Position numbers and translations under genes: made by a program. Source: Phoronis australis (taxonomy: Eukaryota; Animalia; Phoronida). Taken from it: 64,000 nt of DNA. Location: the NCBI GenBank assembly GCA_002633005.1, contig NMRA01000454.1:279733-343732 (forward strand). The letters are read 5' to 3'. The notes below the pieces were generated by a model, which saw only the letters and a program-made list of their open reading frames with translations, was not told the origin of the DNA and made no database searches. Each line of letters opens with the position of its first letter. Position 1 is the first letter of the stretch. Below, in pieces: positions 1 to 12,500 of the stretch.

Positions 1-312
1 TCTCAAAAATGCTCCTTTCTCACGGTTCTTATCATTTTAGGTAGAAAGTTCACCGAAATTTACCATAAAGTTGACAAAAATACAATATTTACTGTTAATT
101 TGCTTTTCATCCCAATAAATATTGCTTCCGCACAAAACTTCCTTTTGATTAAGCTCGACGCTTTACTATAAGTGTGATCAGTGGGGTCCTTAACACAAAT
201 CTGTCGCTGGTAACAGTTGATTTTTTTCTAAACCATACTGTGAATCTTTAACATATAAATTGGGTAAACATTGTGCTTACATTTATAAATATATGTGCAC
301 CTGCCTTTCCAG

Positions 313-561
313 AACTCGTGGCAGCTACTAATGTCAGGGTGGTTGCAGGCGAGACAACAGTTGACGTTAAATGGACTGCAGCAAAGGGAAACAAAGACAG
401 TTACAAAGTGTCTTGCGGAATCAAGGACTTCACCGTTGATAAATTTGCTACGAAAAAACAATGTACTGGCTTGACTCCTGGAACCGAGTACGCTGTTACC
501 ATAACAACCGTCAAGGCAGGATGGGTTGATGCAAATTCATTGCCAGAGACAGTTAAAACAA
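313..561 (+). CDS. FN3 exon 1 (249 nt)
   Basis: tttccAG acceptor, GTgtgt donor; ELVAATNVRV..VKWTAA..YKVSC..GLTPGTEYAVTITTV is an FN3 signature (W, Y, LxPxTxY). Confidence 0.85.
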
Positions 562-3500
562 GTGTGTTTTTTCTTACGCGTCCTTGGCTATAAGCGTACG
601 TTTTTCACGGCTTCTGTGGATGAGTGATGCAAGTTGTAACCGCCAAATGTGTGCCTGGCCATGTTACAAACTTCATATAAAATACACACAACCGGCCCAA
701 TACCAAAACAAAGTACACTGGAACTTTCGAATATCGGGTTACATGTACTTAGCCAGACTTCTGTGTTATCCTTCAGGCACGTTGGTATTTCGCACCATTG
801 GATTCTACATATTCTGTGTTGTTTTTACAATATCTTGACTTTTTATTGGTTGCATTACTGTTCATTTGTTTTCATGCAAAGAAATATTGCTTCCGCACAT
901 TTTTTTGATTAAACTCGATGATATAAGTGTGATCAGTAGTGTTCTTAACACAAATCTGGCGCTGGTAACTGTTGATTTTTTTTCTAAAACACACTGTGAA
1001 TCTTTTACACATAAATTGGGTTAATATTGTGCTTACATTTACACATATATGTACACCTGCCTTTCCAGAACTCGCAGCAGCTACTAATGTCAGGGTGGTT
1101 GCAGGTGACACAACAGTTGACGTTAGTTGGACTGCAGCAAAGGGAAACAAAGACAGTTACAAAGTGTCTTGCGGAAACAAGGACTTCACTGTAGATAAAT
1201 CGGCTACGAAAAAACAGTGTATTGGCTTGACTTCTGGAACTGAGTACACTGTTACCATAACAACAGTCAAGGCAGGATGGGTTGATGTAAATACATTGCC
1301 AAAGACAGTTAAAACAAGTGAGTGTTTTTTGTTACGTGTCCTTGCCTATAAGCGTACGTTTGTCACGGCTTCTGTGGATGGGTGATGCAAGTTTTGACCG
1401 ACCTATGTGTGTCTGGCGATGTTACATATTTCATATTAAAAACAAACAACCGACCAAATTGCATAACAAAGTATATTGGAACACTCCAATTTCGAGTTAC
1501 ATGTACTTAGCCACAGTTCCGCAATATCCTTCAGGCACCTTGGTATTTCGCACCATTGGAGTTCAACAAATCCTGTGTTTTTTTACATTATTTTGACTTT
1601 TTCTGTATTTTTGCTGTATTACTAACTCTTTTTCTTTTGCGTTACTAACCGCGTTGATTGCTGCGACGAGGGCTGCCATTGTTTTAGTATGGTTGGATAA
1701 ACTTGAAAGATATCCGTAGATGAATGATATGGAATTTTTCGCTTTCTCGACATCAATCTAAATGAGAAAATGCCTAGCAAATGGATCAAGCAAGTTCGTA
1801 ATGTTGAATCTGAACCGAAGATGACTTGAACTTGAATTTTTTAAACAGTTAAAATCATTTATTATTGTCAAACATAACGTATGTTTCATAACTGAACTGC
1901 AAAAACATACCTGACAAAGCAAATTGAAGTCACTGGAAATAACTCACAATCTTACCTCCCGAATGAAGGATAGTAATGTTGTGCAATCCGGGATTGCCCT
2001 GTTGTAGGGTACGTTGTCCGTCGCGAGACATTATATCGGAACATCCATATTTGGTAGAGCGTCGTGGTTAACAACGATTGCCTACCGAAAAATAATGAGT
2101 ATGTGAAGAATAAGCATAAAATGAATGTTCTCTGGTATCACAATTGACATTTTACAAATCGCACACTAATTTTAGACTTTTATCTCATCAATTTAAATGT
2201 GAAATTTTCAGTAAAATGGTACAAGTTGTCGCTGAAACTCAACACGTAACATGTGTAATACGGGATATATTGATACAGAAGCGTCCTTTTGTTGCATTTA
2301 GCGGTCCTGGTAGGATTGAAAAACGAGTCCATACCACGTGTCCACATTAGAAACAATGACGTGATGGCCCGAATTTTAATGATTTTTTCCCAAACTCAAA
2401 TTCAAGATCACCTTTAACAATTTCCTTTCCGCCCTCGCACGAACTGAGACATATTTGTCTTATATTTTAGACTAGTAGTCTATGGTTTACCGTCAGGTTT
2501 GTGAAATTTTATATTTTAATGTTCGCCTTTGAGAGTAACGATAAGACCAGGGTCTTGTTCCTATGAATTATAGGGCAGTGAGGTCATAAAAAGAAAATGT
2601 AGAGCAAAAACTTGAATCGCATATGTCTACGTTAGCGTGTAGAAAGTTATTACTGCAAAATGTGAGCCGTGGCCTCTGATAACCAATGAAATTCATGTCC
2701 TTTCAACTTGCCTTGATCGCGCAATAGAAGCGCAGCGCAGCAATACAGCAGAACGTACGTTTCCACGTAGCCGATTAAGAATAGTCAATACTTGTTAATG
2801 TTAGTACGGTGTTAATGTGAGCAAATACATAGTTCTGCAGAAGCATACATGTGTGAAGTGACAGTTTTAACTTTCGGTTCCATTACTTTTTTGATAGTAA
2901 AAGCCTTTGAACGGATGAAGATTTATGGAAAATTTAAAACCTACCCAATGTCCTTTTTTCATCCAAACGAGCGTTCAACAATTTCAAAACGTATTGTGTT
3001 ACCTTAATTAGAAACAATTGGTGACGCCCGTTTAAAACTTTATAGATAGTGTTCCAACACTCTTTAGACATCATTGCCAAAAACACTGTACTGACAAAAA
3101 TCTATCCAACAAATCTGCGTTTGCCATAATTTAGAACAGAGTGACAGTCCATAATTTTAGATTCACTGGCTCAAGAACAGTGATGGCCCTCGAATGCGGT
3201 TTCAATTGTAGTTGCGTTTGCCTCGATATCTACCATGCTCTTGTATACATGTAGGAGTTCGAATAATGCAATTGTGTTGATATCACAGTTGCCACTTTCT
3301 GATAATTACGACTACCATGAGAGCCCCCTATTGCAATTTCAGTTTTGTTTATGGTACACTCTTTGCCAAATACCTCTTTGAGACTGAAGAGATGAGATCA
3401 TGCTGAGAAGATCACGGCTACTATTTTGGGACCTGTCTAGGTCCTTTGGGGCTTTCTACTTGTAACTTCGTTATGGTTACTCTCCCAGCATGTCAGTACT

Positions 3501-6500
3501 TCTTTTTACATTCATTTCTTAATCTATACATTCCTGGAATTGATCTTTAAAAATGGCAACTAAATTAGACTAAACTGCGGTCGCTTGATTTTGGATCATG
3601 TGAATGCTGTGCACTTTCGTGGTAGTCTATTTTCAGGCACGTCTCTACACATGAAATCATGTAAAAGTTATAAGAGACGGTACGAAGGTTGCAAAAGCAC
3701 CTGTAGATTTTGTGGAAATCAATAGTGGTCGTAACCCTGTTTGGTAGTTAATTCATTTGCCTACCCTCCTTGTATGTCAGAAAGCTTGAATTGTTTTGTT
3801 CGCAAGTGAGACAGAGTCCCTCAAACAAATGCCAGTAGTGATGTGCTTTACTGTGGGAATTACAATTGCGTTAATTCATTTTCTTTTCGCCTCTCTATTG
3901 GATAGATTGAATTATGTTGTTTGCAGGTGAGACACAGCCGTTCAGACAAATGCCGTTGTCTTGTACTTCATTGTCTTATTTGCAATTGCTTCACAACATC
4001 CTTGGCATGCACCAAACTAACCGTCGAATGGAATTCAGTTTTAAATAAGATTGTTTTGTGTCTTCACATGTTGTATTGACTACCTAAGTTAAAAAGTACT
4101 GTGAAATCGCTTGGGATTTTTAATCCCCAAGATGAGAGTCTGAGCTGTACATGCTATACAAAGTGGGTGGAAACAAATGCTCTCTGTTGACATATTATTT
4201 TCTTTAATCCGTGTTTTTACATTTGTTCCAGGCGTTACAAAACTTGCTGCCGCTACAATTACCAATCTGGTTGGAAGTGAAAGAACAATTGACGTAAGTT
4301 GGAGACCTGCGGCTGGACCTAAAGACAAGTACAACGTCTCATGTGGCACCCATCACTTCATTGCTGACAAGACAGCTACCAAAAAAGTATGCACTGGTTT
4401 GACTCCTGGAACTGAGTACGTCATTACCGTAAGAACACTCAAAGTGGGATCGGATGATGCAGTTTCGACATCAACGACGGCTAAAACAAGTGAGGGTTTG
4501 TTGCAACATGTATACATGTATGTTCTAGTGCTTATGTACCAAGTAATGCAGTTTGCATTACACACGACACTCAGGTGAGACACTTGTTGCAAGAATCTTG
4601 TTTAAAGAAATAGAAACATTGAAATTTCTCAATACTATGCGATATAACCCCATTTATTCCAAGCAATGGCTTCTGTTTCAATACATTGCCACTCTACGCC
4701 CATATGAGTTTAGATTTGACTTGTGGATCTGATAATCACAAACAAACAGTAAGTCTATATGCAAGCATTGGAGCTCGAGCTCAAAATACATGTACTACAC
4801 GAATGGCACTATATTCATATCTGTTATTTGCTGAAAGTGTTAATTATAGCGACATCTTTTGAGCGACGAAACGTATCCTAAATATGTGAAAATAAAAGGC
4901 ACAGTTCCTTTAAGTACTGTTCCACATACGCAAAAAGAGATAAAATTTAATTGAAAAGTGTAGGGGAATGAACTACGTTCACAACCTCGTGCAAATACTT
5001 TTGCCTATCATGAATCTCGATATAATAGCACACTGGTACAAACACGTACGTTGTGTAACCTATTTATCCTATGCGCGCCACCCAGCATTCTTTAAAGAGG
5101 CGGGTTTACACAGAATGGTCCGCTTGTCTTGGTGTCGTTTGTCATCTCTTATCAATGATGATCGCAGGTCGCGTGACACGTTTACGTGCACGCAATATTT
5201 TCATTAATGATTTTTGCAGCCTGCAAGTTGTATGCTACACCAACTACAGGCTTGGGGTGCATATCTGCTATTTTCAGTATTTTCATCAGAGTTTCAGCTT
5301 AATCAATTTCTAAGTTAAAGCTCAAGTTAAAGTTCTTAAAAATGCTCCTTGCCCGCGGTTCTTATCATTTTTAGGCAGAAAGCCTTCCGACATTTATCGT
5401 CAATTTGAAAAAAATACAATAATTACAGCAGTTGCAGTTTTGCTTTTAGCTCGACGTATTTTGATTGTTTTGAAAACGACTGTAAAAATTTTCTCATATT
5501 TGTCCGTAAAGTGCCTCTACTGGTGTAGTGCAACAAGTGAACAAAAGGAGGAACGCATTGGTAATGCATATTGCTTTCCTACATGTAATCCCAAATATGT
5601 TGTGGCAAGTTCGAGACTTTTGGGGATATAAGTGTTCTGCTCAGGTTCAAAATTGCACGGTGTATTTAAAAAATTGTCAACAATACTTTTATTTCGCTAT
5701 TATGTCTTGTATTGAAAACGCATATCATAGTATTGGCATGTGGGAATATCGCGCGTAAAGCTGAACCCAAAGTGATGGTAAATATTATTATTTTTCCGTC
5801 AATTGTAATGTATTGTGTGCTGAGGAGGGAAATTTGGCGAGAAGGAAGGCATTCGAATTCAACGATCGTAGAATACGGATAATCCATATGCAACGCCCGT
5901 TGAATACTAAAAGTAGTTCTTCCACAACAAACCTCAAAATACGACCTGTAATACATGTCTATACTGTCACGAGTGTAGGATAAAAACCGTTAAGACACAG
6001 AGTGGGCAGATGAAAGGTTGATTTCTGTTTCAGTTGCAGAGAGGCACTTTCAAGTGTATTTCTTGCTGGAAAGCTAAAACATTGATCGGTTTAGTTTTCT
6101 ATTGTCAATTTACCAAGAAAATGATGGTCCAATGGTCAAACAAAACAATGGTAACAAGTCAGGACATGTCAACTTGATGAGTAGTTGCATCGGTTCCGCA
6201 GCCGCTAACGCAAATTACTACCTGTATCTGAAATCATCAAAAGTATCACACGAATGTTGGACCAAAGAGCTGGAGATCGGTTTGTTAAATCAGTTATTTC
6301 GGGATATGCTAGAACCACGTTATTTTTGAAAATATACATTTAAAAACACACGAGAACTGCTAACCATGTAAAACATGGAAGGCAAAACCCTGTTACCCAG
6401 ATCAAAAACCGCTGTGTAAAATAGACTCACATACCCACTGGTGTCCTGAAAAAGGGCTTTTTTCCAACTTCTCGATTGAAACGTGCGGAATTTGATATTT

Positions 6501-9500
6501 TTACCACACCGGGAAATATTTAAGCTGATTTTATCATTCTTTGCAACTGTATTTGTCCTCGATGATTTTTCGTCATTACTACAAGTAAAAAGTTAAAATT
6601 AGTTACAGAAGTGAAAACTGTTTGTAAGACAGAAGTAATAGAAGTATGAGGCATGTTTTACAATGCTCTGTTGTCACATTGTAAACGTAGGAAAAAGAGG
6701 CTGGGTCTCCCATTCGGTAGTCAGGAGCACAAACCACCCAGACACACCGTCGTTTCCGCAGATATTCTTAGTTTGGATACCATATCTGTATTGTCTGGAA
6801 TGCGTTTCGAGATGCAGCTTGATTTCAGTTTGAATCATCGCAAGCAGTGTGGCATCCGCAGAAAACTATCTCTTGATTAGTCTCCCAGTAACACGGGTTT
6901 GATTAATAATGTCCTTAACACAACCGTTTATTTTTTTCTAAAACACTCTGTGAATTCTGAAACATAAAAATTTAATTAAAATTATTCTTACATTTATAAA
7001 TATGTGTGCATCTGCCTTTCCAGAACTCGCAGCAGCTTCTATTGTTAGGGTGGTTGCAGGTGAGACAACAGTTGACGTTAGTTGGACTGCAGCAAAGGGA
7101 AACAAAGACAGTTACAAAGTGTCTTGCGGAAAAAACCAATTCACTGTAGATAAGTCCGCAACGAACAAACTTTGCACTGGTTTGACTTCTGGAACTGACT
7201 ACGCTGTTACCATAACAACAGTCAAGGCAGGATGGGCTGATGTAGTTTCACATCCGAAGACAGTTAACACAAGTGAGAGTTTCTTGTTGTGTTCTTGGCT
7301 GTAGGCGTGCGTTTGGCACATTTTCTTCTGTAACCGACCCGGGTTAATAACCTTTGGTGTGGCGATGGTACTTACATGTAGAAAAGCCCAAAACACATAC
7401 CTTCAAAAGTACAACTACGCAGGGATACTCAAATGTCTGTTTAATTATCCACAACCCCGCATTATCCTTCATGTAGCTATGTATTTTCACATGTTTTTCT
7501 TGTTTGGCTGCGTTACTCTTTTCGTCTTTCCAATACTAATCTCGCTTATTGCTGTGATAAGGGCTGCAATTCCATGAAGCAAATTCGTAGGGTTCATTCT
7601 GAACCGAATATGTCTTTAAACTTCGACTGATATTTTTAAACGGTTGAAATCAGTAATATTTGTAGTATTTAACCCCGTTTGATACCTACATGACCTGCAA
7701 AAATGTACCTCACATGCCGAAACTCGATCAATGGAAATAATGCGCACATTCTTACCTCCTTAATGAAAGCGAGTTCTGTTGTGTAATCGGGGATGGCCAT
7801 GTTGTCCGCTACTTTGTCCCTCGTCATACAACACATGGGAAACCCATCATATTGAAAAACAAAACTTGTCTAAAAGTGTATTTGCTACCGAAAAATATTG
7901 AGCATGCAAACTCAACTTAAAAAGAACGGTTTCCAGGGCCCGGTCTCGAATCTCCGTACTCAGACTCGAATCATGCTCAAACTCACCTTCGTAATCAACT
8001 CGAGTACAGACTCAGCTTTGGTGTATTCTATGTCATACTCGAAAAATCTGTACTCGAAATTTCGAGCACGTACTCAGTTTTCGAGTGCACTCGAACTGAA
8101 GTGTATCTCATCTATATTTCGAATACGATTTTGAGTAAAAATTCTGAGTCTATGCTCAAATTTCAAGTTTGGTATGGCAGTGTGATCGAAATCGTACTCG
8201 AAAATAAATACGAGCCAGAGAACAAAATATCGAAAGGGAACCAAGAAACACAGCAAATCTAAAAAAATAGTCCTCTTAAAGTATCTCAGCACTTCAATTT
8301 CAGTTCAGAGATAACAGTTTTCATCTTAAATCTTCTTATTCTACACCTTATTAACCCGCCGTATTACTGTATGTTATGGCCGCCATTCTACCTCTACAAT
8401 TCCTGGCAACAGGCGCATTGTAATCCCTTGTCGGCGAGTCATAACTAGCGTCGAGAGTAGTTGTGGGAAAAGTCGTGTGAGAAGTTTGTGGTGCCATTAT
8501 TTCGGTATGTGTGCCTACGTTTTGTAGGGTTTCCAAAAGACGAGGAGGGGAGGGAAGTTAAACAAGTTCGCTTCCCTGTCAGGTACATTACTCATCATAA
8601 CTTAGTCATCTGTAATTCCTCAATCCCCAAATGGAATTCCAGATTTTGTTTGCCAATTTCTAAGTAGACGTCTCGTCCCGGTCACTGCCACTGGTGAACT
8701 CTGACTGCCTGCACAAGTATTGTTTTTTTTAGCTCACGTGCCAAATGTCAACTCACTTGATACATCCCGGTAAAATACAAAGATACAGTATCAAAGTTTG
8801 ACATCAGCGTAAGCCAACACAGCAGTGGGTTTTATCGTCAAGACTAAATTAGCAACAGAGATGTGATATGATAAACTGTTACATATTTCTAAAACATTTT
8901 TGGGACTGGGTGAGGAACTCAAGAAGTAAAGCTTAATAATTGCCAAATGTATCCAAGAAATGGCATAAGAATGTTTACTGAAACTAAGAAATGAATAACA
9001 GTTACAGAACACTCAGAATTCCACGTTATAGACATACTCTTGAAGTTGCAACGACAGCAGACGATAATGTAGGCATATTTTTTGGTTCGTCTATTCCAAT
9101 AGGGAGCGATGAATCAGCGCGGCTTCGCGTAATTTTGCATTTCACATCATAAAGAGTTCCATAGCAACTCGAGTATGAGTGTCAGATTTGAGTACGTTTG
9201 GAGTCTACTCGAAATACGACATTAGATACGCTTTCTTGAGTACGACTCCAGTGAGCACGATTTTGAGAATGAAATCTCGAGTATGAGTATGAGTCTGAGT
9301 ACGGAGATTAGAGACCAGGCCCTGATCTCACACCTAATATTTCACATTATAGCGAACATTTCTTTTCGACGTAACTCATGAGTTTAAAATTGAAATTTGC
9401 AGTGAAATGGTAGTTTCTGAAATTAAGAAATTTGTTATTTTTTTTAACACGGGATATATTGATACAAAAGCCCGTTTCAAGTTGTACTTTTGAGGTCCTG

Positions 9501-12500
9501 ACAGGATTAAAAAAAGCGAGTCCGTGTCACGTATCCGCGTTAGAATCAACCATGTGAAGGCCTGCATGTGCCCAGCTCCACGAAACTGTCACTATTTAGG
9601 GACTTAACCAAATTCCCAAACTAGTTAGGGAAGTCCCTATGAGGGTTTTGCTGAAGGACTGATACGTGAAGAGGTCCTACACTCGCTCCTTAAATCAGAA
9701 GAAAAGTTAATTTCCTAATGCCGATGATCGCCGTAGCTAAGGTCGGTTCATGTGACGAATTTTTTTTATCAACGCCAGAATACCTGTCGCATTTACGCCC
9801 TCTGTGCCACTTTTGAATGATTGTTCGAGTAGAGTGCACAGTGAATTTGCACAATCTGACAATTCTAGTTTTCTACTGCTGTTGAGATTGCAGATGATCG
9901 ATTGTTTACTCCCACGCTAATGTATAAAAACAGTAAGTCGTGGAAAACTGGTGAGAATAACACAATCTCCGGTAAGAGTCCCGCACTTTCCAACGCGCTC
10001 TTGAAGTCGTCTGCTCCGGGTATTAAGTGATACCATAGATGCAGGAAGTCACTCGAATTAAGTGCTGGTAGAACAGACACGGGTGCAAGAGCCATGTCAT
10101 ACTTTCAGAGACCAGTCCGCTTGGTGGTGCTTCGACCAAGTCAGGCACTGTTCGTCGGCCAGTCGTGGCTCACGAAAGCAGGTTAGATATACAGGTGGCT
10201 TCCGTTCTAATAGGGCGTGACCAAATTTGTTTGTTACATTTACAAACTTTTCCCGATTACCTTTGCAACCAGCATTTAACTTCATTCTAATTTAGCAATA
10301 AAGGGGACTGTTTCACAAAAAATTAATACCAACAAAATGAAAACTTTACTCCTCCACATCAACATCCAAGTTCAAATGATAGTAAAACAAGAAAGTGGCT
10401 ACATAATTCCGAATCAAATATTAAAGAAACATCGAAATAGCAAGCGGTCAATGAGGGTCAGTTTACTGTGAAAATGCATGAGTCGAGACCATCTCTATGC
10501 CCTGAATTTTATGGCCCAAGGATAATGAGCGAATCCCATACCTCCCCGCTGACCAACTGCTCTACCACGATGACCAATTTTCGCAATTCGGAACATAAGC
10601 GACTTGGTGACACGTTTTAACCGTCCACACCATCTCACTAGGTCACGTCTGTGCGAATATCGAAGATATCCCGTTGTGTCATTTTCGCTCTTGGTGAAAC
10701 CTTCAGTTAACAGAGTAAAATTAATCCGATTTAATGTTGTGTGACATGGATATAATTTTTAACAAAGGCACTCTAAAGCTTTCACCATAGTCCCTTCTGT
10801 ATAATATTTGGCGTTTTCTTGCTGAGACCATGAACAACACCTTTCGCAATGTGTGCTCTGCAAATTCTACAGCACATCAGTGCACGAGTGCCCATGTCCT
10901 GTGATTGGCTGAAACACGTCACAATAACTATCGATACTGCGTAACCTTATTACTGCAGTGGATATGGAATATTAGTTTCATTCGTGCCTCTAAAACGTAG
11001 GATGTTGCTATTTGCGATGTGAAAAAATCTAGACCCTGTAGAAATCATGGGCGTAGGAATCGGAGGATCAGACAGGGGGATTTGAGTACTCCACTCATGA
11101 ATATGGAATAGCGTCCCCCACGAAACAGGGAAGTAGGAATCGTGGTTGGACAGGGAGGCGCATGTGACCCAATAATCTGCAAGGGTAAGGCATGGGAAGG
11201 TGCGTTCGACGTAAGAAAACGCCTCAAGTGAAGTTGAAGAGAGACAATATAGAGAAGATCTGTTAACACACAGCCGAAAGCAAACCTATGTAAACCAGGA
11301 CACAAAGCGATCTGATCATATCAGTATATAAAATAATATAAGTGCAACACAAACTAAGACCCGGGAAAATCAAGGGAAAAGTACACTTGGCCCTGTAAAC
11401 ACCCAATATAGACCGACCCCTCGCGCGTATCGGCTCACATGGACGTCTCTCTTGGTCCACAGAACCTGATGTCGCCCTCGTTGCATTCGTGTGTGCTATT
11501 CATATCACTGACTGGTGGAAACAAGTAAGTGTTGATTACTTTGTGCAACTTGTGCTGTTGAAGAGTGTCCGGATGGATTTTGGGGAGAAAAATGTAAAAA
11601 TCCATGCAACTGTGAAAACGGTGCGCCATGTGAAAACAGCAGAACGGGTGACTGTCCAGGAGGCAAATGCAAGAAGCGATACAAGGGCCCCGGATGTGCT
11701 ACTAGTGAGTAAATTCTGTATAAATTTGACGTGGCGAAGCAACGTTTTTATCTGATTTACCGATAATCCAGTTGGCAGGTGCTAGTAACAGACAACTTAG
11801 GAGTACCAGGACTCATGACACAAAAACTTTAGTCAAGTCTCCACTCGCAAATTGGCCATTGGATGCTATGTCGACTTGAAACAACTTAGACCACGTTTGG
11901 GTAATTTTCACATTAGTATCAAGGTTATCTTTGAGACAACACCATGAACACAATAATACCGTTGATGTCAACGTGTCGTCATTAAATTACTCTTTTTGTT
12001 TTTGGAACGTGAGCCACTGCAGATTTCAGTCTGTCATTTCCAGTTCTCAAAGCCAAAAGCAAACGGGACTGGAGAAAGTTAGTTATGATTCAATGTCCTG
12101 CACATATTTTGATTGTTGGCATGTATCGGCCGTATTTAACTGGATCCTTTCACAAAATACTGTTCAATAAAATTCGTTTTGTCTAGCGAAATACACATTC
12201 CCCTTTCCAGGTTGTCAGTGCTTGCTATTTGCTGGCCTAAATTTTCACAATCGAAAATTGGTGTGAGAATTTGGGCAAATTGGACAATTTGGTCATGCAG
12301 CCCAATCCGTAATTTGTCACAATTTTGAAGTCGCTACAACTTAGGAAGCTGTGACGTTGCACAGTGCTTAGAAACGTCTGCATATCACCTTATGACTTAC
12401 AATACACACACACCTCTAACAGTACCGAAAAACGTGTGGTTTTATTTAGATCGAATTAACACAACGCATGATGGGTTCCCATTGCAGAGATTTCGTGTGC

